Positions 45,426 through 55,300 of a stretch of DNA of 64,000 nucleotides are shown here, piece after piece; the stretch's first letter is position 1; each line of letters starts with the position of its first letter. Location of the stretch: assembly GCA_963728075.1 (NCBI GenBank), contig CAVSIP010000003.1, positions 617,463 through 681,462 of the forward strand, read 5' to 3'. The notes under the pieces are model-generated. The model ran no database searches, was not told the DNA's origin, and saw nothing but the letters and a program-made list of their open reading frames with translations. Source of the DNA: an uncultured Actinomycetota bacterium. GTDB taxonomy: Bacteria > Actinomycetota > Actinomycetes > JAFAQI01 > DASSKL01. Position numbers and translations under genes: made by a program.

Positions 45426-46220
45426 ATGACGGCGACGCAGGAGCCACTCCTGCGACTGCGCGGGGTCAGCAAGAGCTTCGGGCCGGTACAGGCGTTGACC
45501 GGGGTGGACGTCGATGTCCCCGCGGGGCAGGTCACGGCACTGGTCGGCGACAACGGCGCCGGGAAGACCGTACTGATCAAGTGCATCGCCGGCATCTGGG
45601 AGCCGGATGCCGGACAGATGTTCTGGGAAGGCCGGCCGGTGCACATCCGCACGCCCCGCGACGCGGCGGCACTCGGCATCGAGACCGTCTACCAGGACCT
45701 GGCCCTCTGCGACAACCTGGACATCGTCCAGAACATGTTCCTGGGCCGCGAACGCGTTCGGATGCGGGTCCTCGACGAGGACAACATGGAGCGGGCGGCC
45801 GCGGAGACGCTCGCCGGGCTGTCGGTGACGACCGTCCGGTCCATCCGTCAACCCGTCGCCTCGCTCTCGGGCGGACAGCGGCAGGCGGTGGCGGTGGCGA
45901 AGGCCGTCATGTGGAACTCGAAGCTCGTGATCATGGACGAGCCGACCGCTGCACTGGGCGTCGCGCAGACCGCCATGGTCCTCGACCTCATCCAGCGCCT
46001 GGCGGCCCAGGGCCTTGCGGTGATCGTCATCTCGCACAACCTCAACGACGTGTTCAACGTCGCTGACCGGCTCGCCGTGCTGCAGCTGGGACGGATGGTG
46101 GCGACCGGTCCGGCAGCAGAGTTCGACAGCCAGAGCGTGGTCGAGCTGATGACGACCGGGACCTCGTCGCGGGTACCCGCGCGCGAACCGGTCACCGAAT
46201 CCGACGAGGGTGGTGCCTGA
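45426..46220 (+). CDS. Sugar ABC ATP-binding protein
   Basis: GDNGAGKT, YQDLALCDNL, LSGGQRQ, MDEPTAALG. Confidence 0.93.
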   Translation: MTATQEPLLRLRGVSKSFGPVQALTGVDVDVPAGQVTALVGDNGAGKTVLIKCIAGIWEPDAGQMFWEGRPVHIRTPRDAAALGIETVYQDLALCDNLDIVQNMFLGRERVRMRVLDEDNMERAAAETLAGLSVTTVRSIRQPVASLSGGQRQAVAVAKAVMWNSKLVIMDEPTAALGVAQTAMVLDLIQRLAAQGLAVIVISHNLNDVFNVADRLAVLQLGRMVATGPAAEFDSQSVVELMTTGTSSRVPAREPVTESDEGGA

Positions 46221-46222
46221 CC

Positions 46223-47515
46223 ATGTCGCGCACGGAAGGGCCCGCACCACACGCCGCTCCTGCGGGCGCAGGTCAGGGGTCGGTCGAGGCGGTCCGGGCG
46301 AACCGGACCGAGACCCTGTCCGAGTACGTGCATGCCGCCGCGGGCCGGCTTCGTGGTGGCGAGAGCGGCGTGCTGCCCGTCCTCGTCGGCCTCGTGGCCA
46401 TCACGATCTTCTTCCAGGTCCGCAACGACAACTTCCTGTCCGCCGGCAACCTGACGAACCTGCTCGTCCAGGGCGCCGTCTTCATGCTGCTCGGCATGGG
46501 CGAGGTGTTCGCCCTGCTGCTGGGTGAGATCGACCTGTCCATCGGCTTCGTCTCGGGCATCGGCGGCGTGGTGACGGCGGAGCTCGTGGTCTACCCGCGG
46601 TACTGGCCGTGGTGGGCCGCGATCGTCGTCGCGCTGCTGGTCACGGCGGCGATCGGGGCGCTGCAGGGGGCGCTGATCACGCAGCTGCGACTGCCGTCGT
46701 TCGTGGTGACGCTGTCCGGCCTGCTGGGCTGGCAGGGGGTCATGATCTGGATCCTCGGAGCGGGCGGCACGGTGCCCATCCCCAGCGACGTCATCAACGA
46801 CCTGGCCAACGGGAACCTCAGCCCGGCGGCCGGCTGGATCGTCGTGGGCGCCGTGGTGGGGGCGTACGCGGTCACCACCGTCTACCGGGACAACCACCGG
46901 CGGGCGAGCGGTCTGGTGGCGCCACCACCGGTACTCACCGCGGTGAAGATCGCCGCGGCGGCGGCGGCCGGAGTCGTTCTCGTCGTCATCTGCAACACGA
47001 ACCGTGGTGCGCTCGTCCCCATCCGTGGCGTGCCGTGGGTGGTGCTGATCGTGCTGGGCGTGCTCGCCGCCTGGACGTTCCTGCTCTCCCACACCCGTTT
47101 CGGTCGCTACATCTACGCCATCGGCGGCAACCCCGAGGGGGCTCGCCGGGCCGGCATCAACCTGTCGCTCATCCGCACGTCGGCCTTCGCGCTGGCGGGG
47201 CTGACGGCCGGCATCGCCGGCATCATCTACGCGTCGCGGCTGCGCTCGGTGTCCACCAGCCTGGACGGTGGGACGCTCGTGCTCTACGCGGTCGCGGCGG
47301 CGGTCATCGGGGGGACCAGCCTGTTCGGCGGGCGCGGGAAGGCGCTGCACGCCGTCCTCGGCGGGATCGTCATCGCCGCCATCTACAACGGCATGGGCCT
47401 GCTCGGCATGAGCGCCGCCTCGCAGTACATGGTGACCGCGCTGGTGCTGCTGTCCGCGGTGACGGTGGATGCCGTCGCGCGCCGTGGGCGGGAGGCGTCG
47501 TCTGCCGGCAGGTGA
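46223..47515 (+). CDS. Sugar ABC permease (XylH/GguB-like)
   Basis: LLGEIDLSIG, LPSFVVTL, FGRYIYAIGGN, AAVIGGTSLFGGRG. Confidence 0.92.
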   Translation: MSRTEGPAPHAAPAGAGQGSVEAVRANRTETLSEYVHAAAGRLRGGESGVLPVLVGLVAITIFFQVRNDNFLSAGNLTNLLVQGAVFMLLGMGEVFALLLGEIDLSIGFVSGIGGVVTAELVVYPRYWPWWAAIVVALLVTAAIGALQGALITQLRLPSFVVTLSGLLGWQGVMIWILGAGGTVPIPSDVINDLANGNLSPAAGWIVVGAVVGAYAVTTVYRDNHRRASGLVAPPPVLTAVKIAAAAAAGVVLVVICNTNRGALVPIRGVPWVVLIVLGVLAAWTFLLSHTRFGRYIYAIGGNPEGARRAGINLSLIRTSAFALAGLTAGIAGIIYASRLRSVSTSLDGGTLVLYAVAAAVIGGTSLFGGRGKALHAVLGGIVIAAIYNGMGLLGMSAASQYMVTALVLLSAVTVDAVARRGREASSAGR

Positions 47516-47529
47516 GCGCTGGTGCCGGG

Positions 47530-47964
47530 TCAGTCGGCCGGCGGGATGACCACCACCGGGCACGGCGCCTGGACGACGCAGCTGTGGGCCACCGCACCCA
47601 GCAGCTTCCGGCCGTCGTGCCCGTGACCGTGGCGGCCCAGGACGAGCAGGTCGGCATCTCGAGCCTCGCGCAGCAGCAGGGCGACCGCGCTGCCCTCCTG
47701 GACGACCGACTCGACGTCAGCGCCAGCGCCGTCCGTCGACTCCTTCACCAGGTTCGCCAGCACGTCCTCCGCTGCGGCCGACAGGTCCGACTCGACCCGC
47801 GCCGGCACGTACCCAGGGAGCTCGGGGAAGTGCCAGGCGAGAACCGCCCGCACGCGACCACCGACGGACTCGGCCTGCCGTAGCGCCCAGCGCAGGACAG
47901 CGGCCGAACTCGGCGACCCGTCGACGCCGGCGACGATGAGCGGTGCCGAACCCTGGTCACCCAT
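47530..47964 (-). CDS. Universal stress protein
   Basis: IVAGVDGS, LLVLGRHG, APCPVVVI. Confidence 0.9.
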   Translation of the reverse strand: MGDQGSAPLIVAGVDGSPSSAAVLRWALRQAESVGGRVRAVLAWHFPELPGYVPARVESDLSAAAEDVLANLVKESTDGAGADVESVVQEGSAVALLLREARDADLLVLGRHGHGHDGRKLLGAVAHSCVVQAPCPVVVIPPAD

Positions 47965-48141
47965 AACTGGTCACCTTCCGTCCCAGACAGCTCTCACGGT
48001 GTGGCCGGCGCCCGGAGCGCGGACAGGGGCGAAGGTCACCGCGCACCGTCGGCAGGCCTTTCGCCTCTGAGCAGGGTGGGCCGCGCGTCGTACACCCGAG
48101 AAGAGCCCCGACGGACGGTGGCTGCTGCCCTGGAGCTGGCC

Positions 48142-50544
48142 ATGAGCGAGCTGACGTACATCCGGTTCTTCGACGAGGTAGGGGTGGGCGACGTTGCCCT
48201 GGTCGGCGGGAAGAACGCCTCCCTGGGGGAGATGTACCGGGAGCTGTCCGGCGAGGGAGTACGCGTACCGAACGGTTTTGCGATCACGGCGGAGGCCTAC
48301 CGGCACGTTCTCGACGAGGCCGGCGCCTGGCCCGCGCTGCGGGCGGCGCTGGACGGCCTCGACCCCGCCGACGTGGCCGACCTGGCCCGCCGGGCCAAGG
48401 CCGCGCGCGAGATCGTGTACGGCGCCGGGCTGCCGGCCGACCTGGCGGCCGAGATCCTCGCGTCCTACCGCCGGCTGGAGGAGCAGTACGGCGCCGGCGT
48501 GAGCGTGGCCGTGCGCAGCTCTGCGACCGCCGAGGACCTGCCCACCGCGAGCTTCGCCGGGGAGCACGAGACCTACCTCAACGTCCAGGGTGAGCACAGC
48601 CTGCTCGACGCCTGCCGCCGGTGCTTCGCGAGCCTGTTCACCGACCGGGCTGTCCACTACCGGATCGACCAGGGGTTCGACCACTTCGCGGTCGCACTGT
48701 CGGTCGGCGTCATGAAGATGGTGCGCTCGGACGTCGCGGCTTCGGGCGTGATGTTCTCCCTGGACACCGAGTCCGGCTTCTCGGACGTCGTGTTCATCAC
48801 CGGCGCGTACGGGCTCGGCGAGAACGTCGTGCAGGGGGCCGTCGACCCCGACGAGTTCTACGTGCACAAGCCGACGTTCGCCCAGGGACATCGTGCGGTG
48901 CTGCGGCGCCGGCTCGGCGACAAGGCCGTGCAGATGGTGCTCGCCGAGGGCGGCAGCAAGCAGACGACGAGGAACGTGCCGACTCCCAAGGCCGACCGCG
49001 AGCGGTTCTGCATCACCGACGACGACGTCCTGGAGCTGGCCGCGAGCGCCCTGGTGATCGAGCGGCACTACGGGATGCCGATGGACATGGAGTGGGCCAA
49101 GGACGGACAGGACGGCAAGGTCTACCTCGTCCAGGCCCGCCCGGAGACCGTGACGTCGCAGCGCGGCGCGGCGCTGCTGGAGACCTACGTGGTCGACGGT
49201 GTCGGCGAGGTTCTCGTCGAGGGGCGTGCTGTCGGCGAGAGGGTGGCCTGCGGAGCCGTCCGGCGGATCACCAACCTCAGCGAGCTGGCGGGGTTCCGCC
49301 CGGGCGAGGTGCTCGTCGCCGACATCACGACCCCCGACTGGGAGCCGGTGATGAAGACGGCAGCCGCGATCGTCACCAACCGCGGTGGACGGACCTGCCA
49401 TGCGGCGATCGTGGCCCGCGAGCTGGGCATTCCCGCGGTCGTCGGCACCGGGGACGCGACGACGCGGATCCCGGTGGGGAGCACGGTGACGGTGTCCTGC
49501 GCCGAGGGGGACACCGGCCGGGTGTACCGCGGCGAGGTGGCCTTCCATGTGGAGCAGGGCGACAGCGTGGAGCTCCCTCGCCCCCGGACCCGGATCATGA
49601 TCAACCTGGGCAACCCGGACCTGGCGTTCAAGACGTCGTTCCTGCCCAACGACGGGGTGGGCCTGGCCCGGATGGAGTTCATCATCAGCGAGTCCATCAA
49701 GGCTCACCCGCTGGCGCTCCTGCACCCGGAGAAGGTCTCCGACCCGCAGGTCCGCACCGCGCTCGCCGCTGTGACCCGCGGCTACCCCGACGGCGAGACG
49801 TTCTTCGTCGAACGGCTCGCCGAGGGGATCGGCACCATAGCCGCCGCCTTCTACCCCAAGCCGGTCGTGGTCCGGATGAGCGACTTCAAGACCAACGAGT
49901 ACGCGAGCCTCCTCGGCGGTGCGGACTTCGAACCGCGCGAGGACAACCCGATGCTGGGCTTCCGCGGCGCCTCCCGGTACGCCCATCCGGCGTACACGGA
50001 CGGCTTCGCGCTCGAGTGCCGGGCGATGCGTCGCGTGCGGGACGACATGGGCCTGGTCAACGTCGTGCTGATGCTGCCGTTCGTCCGGCGGGTGGAGGAG
50101 GCCGACCTGGTCCTCGCCCGCATGGCCGACCTCGGTCTGCGGCGCGGGGAGAACGGCCTGCTGATCTACGCCATGTGCGAGATCCCGAACAACGTCATCC
50201 TCATCGACGAGTTCGCCCAGCGCTTCGACGGCTTCTCCATCGGCTCGAACGACCTCACCCAGCTCACCCTGGGCGTCGACCGGGACAGCGCCTTGGTCTC
50301 CTTCGACTACGACGAGCGGGACCCGGGGGTGAAGCAGATGATCCGACTGGCCGTGGAGGGTTGCCGTCGCAACCGCATCCACTCGGGGCTGTGCGGCCAG
50401 GCGCCGTCCGACTACCCGGACATGGCGGAGTTCCTCGTCGAGATCGGGATCGACTCCATGAGCCTCAACCCGGACAGCGTCATCGCCACGACCCGCCGGG
50501 TGCTGGAGGTCGAGCAGCGCCTCGGGCCTGCTGCGCCAGCCTGA
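48142..50544 (+). CDS. ppsA: Phosphoenolpyruvate synthase
   Basis: VGGKNASLGEM, VAVRSSATAED, GGRTCHAAIVARE (phospho-His), DGFSIGSNDLTQL, CGQAPSDYP. Confidence 0.95.
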   Translation: MSELTYIRFFDEVGVGDVALVGGKNASLGEMYRELSGEGVRVPNGFAITAEAYRHVLDEAGAWPALRAALDGLDPADVADLARRAKAAREIVYGAGLPADLAAEILASYRRLEEQYGAGVSVAVRSSATAEDLPTASFAGEHETYLNVQGEHSLLDACRRCFASLFTDRAVHYRIDQGFDHFAVALSVGVMKMVRSDVAASGVMFSLDTESGFSDVVFITGAYGLGENVVQGAVDPDEFYVHKPTFAQGHRAVLRRRLGDKAVQMVLAEGGSKQTTRNVPTPKADRERFCITDDDVLELAASALVIERHYGMPMDMEWAKDGQDGKVYLVQARPETVTSQRGAALLETYVVDGVGEVLVEGRAVGERVACGAVRRITNLSELAGFRPGEVLVADITTPDWEPVMKTAAAIVTNRGGRTCHAAIVARELGIPAVVGTGDATTRIPVGSTVTVSCAEGDTGRVYRGEVAFHVEQGDSVELPRPRTRIMINLGNPDLAFKTSFLPNDGVGLARMEFIISESIKAHPLALLHPEKVSDPQVRTALAAVTRGYPDGETFFVERLAEGIGTIAAAFYPKPVVVRMSDFKTNEYASLLGGADFEPREDNPMLGFRGASRYAHPAYTDGFALECRAMRRVRDDMGLVNVVLMLPFVRRVEEADLVLARMADLGLRRGENGLLIYAMCEIPNNVILIDEFAQRFDGFSIGSNDLTQLTLGVDRDSALVSFDYDERDPGVKQMIRLAVEGCRRNRIHSGLCGQAPSDYPDMAEFLVEIGIDSMSLNPDSVIATTRRVLEVEQRLGPAAPA

Positions 50545-51001
50545 CGAGCGTCTGCTGCATCGCCGGGCACATGTCCTTGTGGTGGGGGAGCAGCCGGGAG
50601 TACAGCGCACGGAACGGCTGGCGGGGCATCACGGTGATCTCGTACGAGTGGCGCACGAGCGTGCTGCCGCCTCGTGGCACCAGGTCGTACCGCCACGTGG
50701 TGGAGTCCCGCCGGGACGGGTCGAGCCGCTCGGGGACGGTGCGGAAGGCGAACACCCGGTCGGGCACCATCTCGACGACCTCGCACACCCTGCTCCAGCG
50801 GGCGACTCCGTGCCGGTTGTGGCCGCGGAAGCGAGCGCCGGTCACCGCCTCGTGGGGGCTGTCCGCCAGCCACTCCGCCCGCCGCGCCTCGTCACTGCGC
50901 TCACCGGTGGTCGTGACGTCGGTGATGATGCGGAACAGCGTCTCCGATGCGGCATCGATGGTCTGCTCCACGCTGCCTGCGCGTCGCCACTGGTCGGTCA
51001 T
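50480..51001 (-). CDS. SRPBCC/polyketide-cyclase family protein
   Basis: GARFRGHNRHG..RWSRVCEV...FAFRT..DSTTWRY. 3' end overlaps ppsA convergently. Confidence 0.8.
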   Translation of the reverse strand: MTDQWRRAGSVEQTIDAASETLFRIITDVTTTGERSDEARRAEWLADSPHEAVTGARFRGHNRHGVARWSRVCEVVEMVPDRVFAFRTVPERLDPSRRDSTTWRYDLVPRGGSTLVRHSYEITVMPRQPFRALYSRLLPHHKDMCPAMQQTLVRLAQQARGAARPPAPGGSWR

Positions 51002-51009
51002 GGCACCTC

Positions 51010-51684
51010 CTACCTGGCCCCGCGTGGCCGGCTCGTGGGTCGCGTCCGGTCGAGCAGGCGCACCACGGTGTCCGCAGCCCACCGCTCGTACTGCTCGTCG
51101 GTCCACCCGGCGATGCCGGTCAGCATCCGGTAGACGTCGGCGCTGCCGACCGCCCACACGCCGTCGCGTTCCGTGGCGCTGACCGACCGTCCCGCCACCA
51201 GTCGCAACGCCGCGGCCAGGTCGTCGCGCCGGGCCTGCTCCAGGGCGCCCGACCGGTCGCGCAGCTGCGGCTCGCTCGTTGCTGCCTGCTGCAGCGCGGT
51301 CATGACCCCTGCGGTGCGGCGGTGGATGGCCGTCCCGAGAGCGGCCAGGGCGTTCGCCCGCCGGCGCCGCGAACCGGCCGCGAGCGCGGCGAACTCCGGT
51401 CGCTGCGACAGCGGGATGGCGGCATCGTCCCCGACCACGGCGGCGTCCACCGCTGCCAACAGGACGCCTGCCTTGGAGTCGAAGGCGGCGTACACGGTCT
51501 CCACCGCCACGTCGGCCGCGGTCGCGATGTCACGTACGCCCGTGCCGCTCCAGCCGCGCTCGGAGAACAGCGTAGTGGCGGCAGCGAGGATCGCCGCACG
51601 GGTGCCGGCGGCCTGTCGTTCGCGGTGGACCGAGCGGTAGGGACGGGGCCGGTCTCCCCCTCGCACCCTCGCGGCTGTCCCCAC
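51010..51684 (-). CDS. TetR-family regulator
   Basis: RPYRS..RERQA..TRAAILAAA..LF..RGW..T..IA..ADVAVETVY..F.SK. Probable leaderless start 6 nt after TAGGTT. Confidence 0.88.
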   Translation of the reverse strand: MGTAARVRGGDRPRPYRSVHRERQAAGTRAAILAAATTLFSERGWSGTGVRDIATAADVAVETVYAAFDSKAGVLLAAVDAAVVGDDAAIPLSQRPEFAALAAGSRRRRANALAALGTAIHRRTAGVMTALQQAATSEPQLRDRSGALEQARRDDLAAALRLVAGRSVSATERDGVWAVGSADVYRMLTGIAGWTDEQYERWAADTVVRLLDRTRPTSRPRGAR

Positions 51685-51901
51685 GAACCGAACCTAGATC
51701 GCCCATGTATTCATGACAAGTAGGTTCCAGTGAATTGCACGGTAGGGGTCGGACAATCGCCGCAGCGGGCCGAATGTCCTGCCAATCCGGCATCTCGGCC
51801 GAATCCGGTGCACGCAGCCACCCTCGGAAATGCCCAGTAGAGTTCGCAGACGGTTCCGCGCGAGACCTGGTCAGCCCGGGTGATCTGGAGGTCCCCACCG
51901 C

Positions 51902-52972
51902 ATGTGCGACGTGGCGGGACCCAGCGTCGACGCGGTGTTCACCGGCTCGGTCTTCCGGGACCTCCTGGAGTCGGCGCCGGACGCGATGGTCATCGTCGGG
52001 TCCGACGGCACGGTGGTGCTCGTCAACCGGCAGACCGAGCAGCTGTTCGGCTTCGGGCGGGACGAGCTGGTGGGCCAGCCGGTGGAGGCACTGGTACCGG
52101 AGCGCTTCCGGCACCGGCATCTCGCCCACCGCGATGGTTACTTCGCCGACCCGAAAATGCGGCCGATGGGCGTGGGGCTGGAGCTGTTCGGGTTGCGCCG
52201 GGACGGGACGGAGTTCCCGATCGAGATCAGTCTGAGCCCGCTGGAGACCGACCGCGGCGTCCTGGTGTCCGCCGCGATCCGCGACATCACCGAGCGCAAG
52301 CGCGCCGAACGGCTGTCCGCCCTCGGCGAGCTCGCGACCGTCATCGGGCATGAGCTGCGCAACCCGTTGGCCGCTGCGACCAACGCGCTGTTCCTGGCCC
52401 GCCGGCGGCTGGGCGCGGCCATCGGGCCCGACGTCGAGCGTCACCTCGCTCTCGCCGAGCGGGAGACGGCCCGGGCTGCGTCCCTGTCGGAGGACCTGAC
52501 GGCCTACATCCGTGACCGCCATCCCACTCCCGTGCCGTTCACCGTGGGTGCGCTCGTGGAGGAGGTGCTCGCGTCGACCCCGCCTCCGGGCGACGTGTCC
52601 GTCACGGTCGACGGGCTCGACACCCCGCTGGTGGCCGATCCGGCGCAGCTCAACCAGGTGCTCACGAACCTCGTGGCCAACGCCTACCAGGCCATGCCCG
52701 ACGGTGGTGAGGTCTGCATCACCGCCCGTGCCGCCGACGACGAGGTCGAGATCGCCGTGGCCGACACCGGCCCCGGCATCGCGGAGTCGGTGGCCGCACG
52801 GTTGTTCGAGCCGTTCTTCACCACCAAGGCGATCGGCACCGGGCTCGGACTGGCGATCGCCAAGCGGCTGACCGAGGCCCACGGTGGGACGCTCTCTCTC
52901 GAGAACGGGCCGGCCGGGGGTGCCCGGGCGACCGTGCGACTCCCGCTGCGCGCCTCCCGGTCGCAGGGGTGA
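51902..52972 (+). CDS. Cytoplasmic PAS histidine kinase
   Basis: [39 protein letters not shown]. Confidence 0.92.
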   Translation: MCDVAGPSVDAVFTGSVFRDLLESAPDAMVIVGSDGTVVLVNRQTEQLFGFGRDELVGQPVEALVPERFRHRHLAHRDGYFADPKMRPMGVGLELFGLRRDGTEFPIEISLSPLETDRGVLVSAAIRDITERKRAERLSALGELATVIGHELRNPLAAATNALFLARRRLGAAIGPDVERHLALAERETARAASLSEDLTAYIRDRHPTPVPFTVGALVEEVLASTPPPGDVSVTVDGLDTPLVADPAQLNQVLTNLVANAYQAMPDGGEVCITARAADDEVEIAVADTGPGIAESVAARLFEPFFTTKAIGTGLGLAIAKRLTEAHGGTLSLENGPAGGARATVRLPLRASRSQG

Positions 52973-53340
52973 GCGTGGCCGGATACGTGCTCGTCGTCGA
53001 CGACGACCCGAGCGTGCGCTCGACTGCCGCCGAGATCCTGGCGGAAGAGGGCCACCGCGTCCTCGAGGCGGCGGACGGTGAGGCCGCACTCGCCGTGCTC
53101 GCCGACCACCCGGTCACGGTGCTCCTGCTCGACGTGCACATGCCCAGGCTCGACGGGCTGTCCCTGCTCGAGCGGATCGACGTACCGCCGCCGGTGGTGC
53201 TGCTGGTCTCCGCCTACGCGTTCACCGCCGATGACCGTGCCCGCGTCGGAGGCAAGGTCTTCCGCTACCTCCGCAAGCCCGTCCCACCGGCGAGCCTCAT
53301 CGCGGCGGTCGACGACGCGATGGCCACCGCGGGCTCGTAG
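52969..53340 (+). CDS. Single-domain response regulator
   Basis: [19 protein letters not shown]. Confidence 0.88.
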   Translation: MSVAGYVLVVDDDPSVRSTAAEILAEEGHRVLEAADGEAALAVLADHPVTVLLLDVHMPRLDGLSLLERIDVPPPVVLLVSAYAFTADDRARVGGKVFRYLRKPVPPASLIAAVDDAMATAGS

Positions 53341-53347
53341 CGGCGGC

Positions 53348-54190
53348 TCAGGACGGCGGGCTGTCGTCCGCCGCCCTCGGTGTTCCCTCGGCGGTCAGCG
53401 CAGGCACCGGATCGACCAGGCGCTCGACCAGGTGGTCGCCGGTGTGCTGGCCCTGCCCGGTGCGGCCCAGCCCCGACCAGATCTGCCAGCCGAGCCGGGC
53501 CTTGAGCGCCGGTGGCAACCCGGCGACGAGCGGGTCGGGGAGGGTGAGGAAGAAGTTCTCCTGCTGCCGGACCCACGGGCGGCAGAAGTACGACAGGATG
53601 CCGTACCGCGGGTCGGCCGTGCGGTTCCTGCCGGTCCCGTGCCAGAGCCGGCCGTCGAAGACCAGTGCGTCGCCGGCTCGGCCGGTCGCGGTGACCGGCT
53701 CGAAGACCTCGCCCGCGGGTAGTCCTTCGTACGCGACGTTCTCCGGCCGCCCGTGCGTCCTCGGGAGGAGCAGGGTGCCGCCGTTGTCCTCGGTGAAGTC
53801 GCTGAGCATCCACATGATGTTCATGACGAGGGGCAGTGGCGTGGGGAACGGCACGTAGCTCTGGTCGGAGTGGAACAGCATCTCCTCCCCGCCCAGCCCG
53901 GCGATGTTCGCGTTGAGCGAGGAGAGCACGAACCCGGGCCCCAGCAGGTGCGGCACGATCGCGTCGATGAGCGGGTGCTGCAGCAGCTCGAGGAACACGC
54001 CGCCCTTGGCCGGCAGCATCATCACGCGCTGGTTCGCGCCGTCCCACTCCAGATGTGCGACGCCCGCGGCCCGCTCGCCCGCCGCCTGCTCGACCAGGCG
54101 TTCACGCAGGCGCGTCAGCAGATCCGCGTCCAGCGCGTTCTCCACGACGCAGTAGCCGAGCTCGTCCAGCCGGGCACGCGCCGTCGCCAT
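53348..54190 (-). CDS. Phytanoyl-CoA dioxygenase (PhyH) family 2OG-Fe(II) oxygenase
   Basis: HSDQ (HxD), NIMWMLSDFTEDNGGT, LWHGTG. Confidence 0.88.
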   Translation of the reverse strand: MATARARLDELGYCVVENALDADLLTRLRERLVEQAAGERAAGVAHLEWDGANQRVMMLPAKGGVFLELLQHPLIDAIVPHLLGPGFVLSSLNANIAGLGGEEMLFHSDQSYVPFPTPLPLVMNIMWMLSDFTEDNGGTLLLPRTHGRPENVAYEGLPAGEVFEPVTATGRAGDALVFDGRLWHGTGRNRTADPRYGILSYFCRPWVRQQENFFLTLPDPLVAGLPPALKARLGWQIWSGLGRTGQGQHTGDHLVERLVDPVPALTAEGTPRAADDSPPS

Positions 54191-54336
54191 CGGGTCGACA
54201 CCGGACGGCGAGCTGCTCACCGCCACGACGGTAGTCGGTGCGCTCGCCGCGGCGAGGTCGCCGGGTGACCTTGGCCCCTGGACGGCCGCTCCCCGGACTA
54301 CGCCCAATGAGGTGACCGCACGGGAGGTGGTTCGCC

Positions 54337-54996
54337 ATGTCGGTCCGCACGCTCACCGCTCTTGCCGACCCGGTCCACGAGCGCGTCGCGGTAGCCCTGG
54401 ACGAGGCTCGCAAGGCCGGCGGTGCGGGCGACCGCTGGGCGCTGGCCGACGCCTACGACCGGGTGGTCGCCGACCTGTCCGCCCACCTCATCGCCATGGA
54501 GGTGGTGGTCGACTCGGAGTACGTCCGCCGGGTTCCGCATGCCCAGCTCACGGTGCGCCGTCAGCTGGAGCTCACCCGCCGGATCGAGTCGGTCCTGCGG
54601 CGCCTGCAGCTGCTGCTGTGGGGGCGCCCGGTGCCGCGAGGGGTGACGGTCGACTCGGCGCGCGCGGAGCTGCAGGAGCTGCTCGCCCGGCACCGCCGGG
54701 ACGAGGTGGAGATGCTGCGGATCCTCGACGCCGCGCTCACCGAGGACGAGCGCCGCGCGCTGGCTGAGCGGCTGGACGAGGCGGACCGGCACGCGCCGGA
54801 CCGCCCGCACCCGCACGCGCCGCGGTCCTTGCTCGCGACGAAGGTGATGTACCGGCCGGTGGCGGCCTGGGACCGCTTCTTCGACGCGCAGGACTCGCGG
54901 CCGCCGCGCTCCGACGTGCCCGGGCACGAGCCATCCGGGCTCTGGGACGGGTACCTGCTCGGGACCCCCGTGCCGCGGCGGCGCGACGAGCGCTGA
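54337..54996 (+). CDS. Hemerythrin-like domain protein
   Basis: Helical, H...HxxxxE...HxxxE, followed by APDRPHPHAP. RBS GGGAGG. Confidence 0.6.
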   Translation: MSVRTLTALADPVHERVAVALDEARKAGGAGDRWALADAYDRVVADLSAHLIAMEVVVDSEYVRRVPHAQLTVRRQLELTRRIESVLRRLQLLLWGRPVPRGVTVDSARAELQELLARHRRDEVEMLRILDAALTEDERRALAERLDEADRHAPDRPHPHAPRSLLATKVMYRPVAAWDRFFDAQDSRPPRSDVPGHEPSGLWDGYLLGTPVPRRRDER

Positions 54997-55002
54997 GCGC
55001 TC

Positions 55003-55278
55003 CTAGTCCTGGTCCGCGTCGGGCTCGGTGGCGTGGGCGACGACCGTGCGGGCGTGCTCGACGTCGCGCGCGCGAACGAGGACTCGGCCACCCTGCGGCT
55101 GCCCGGTGAACACCATGTCCATGCCGAGGTCGACCGCCTCCGCCGGGATGCCCCGGTCCTGGAGCAGAGTCGCGAGCAGGAACGCCTCCGCGGCCGTCGC
55201 CGTGCGGGTGAGCTGGACGACCCTGGGTCCGGGTGCCGTTGCTGACAGTGCGGCCCGGAGGCGGTCGAACCAGCTCAC
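55003..55278 (-). CDS. DUF2007-like small protein
   Basis: ATAAEAFLLATLLQDRGIPA...RVLVRARDVEHAR. Confidence 0.6.
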   Translation of the reverse strand: MSWFDRLRAALSATAPGPRVVQLTRTATAAEAFLLATLLQDRGIPAEAVDLGMDMVFTGQPQGGRVLVRARDVEHARTVVAHATEPDADQD

Positions 55279-55300
55279 GTCCTGGGGATACCCGATCGGC

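Noticed and set aside
47965-47984. Fifth copy of the TetR operator (CCATAACTGGTCACC resembles 5791-5806)
   Set aside because: Only one mismatched half-site, with no second arm.
50480-50544. Convergent gene overlaps (also 41521-41555, 60327-60340, 63597-63618)
   Set aside because: Short 3' overlaps are ordinary in high-GC bacteria. There is no sign of a dedicated antisense system.
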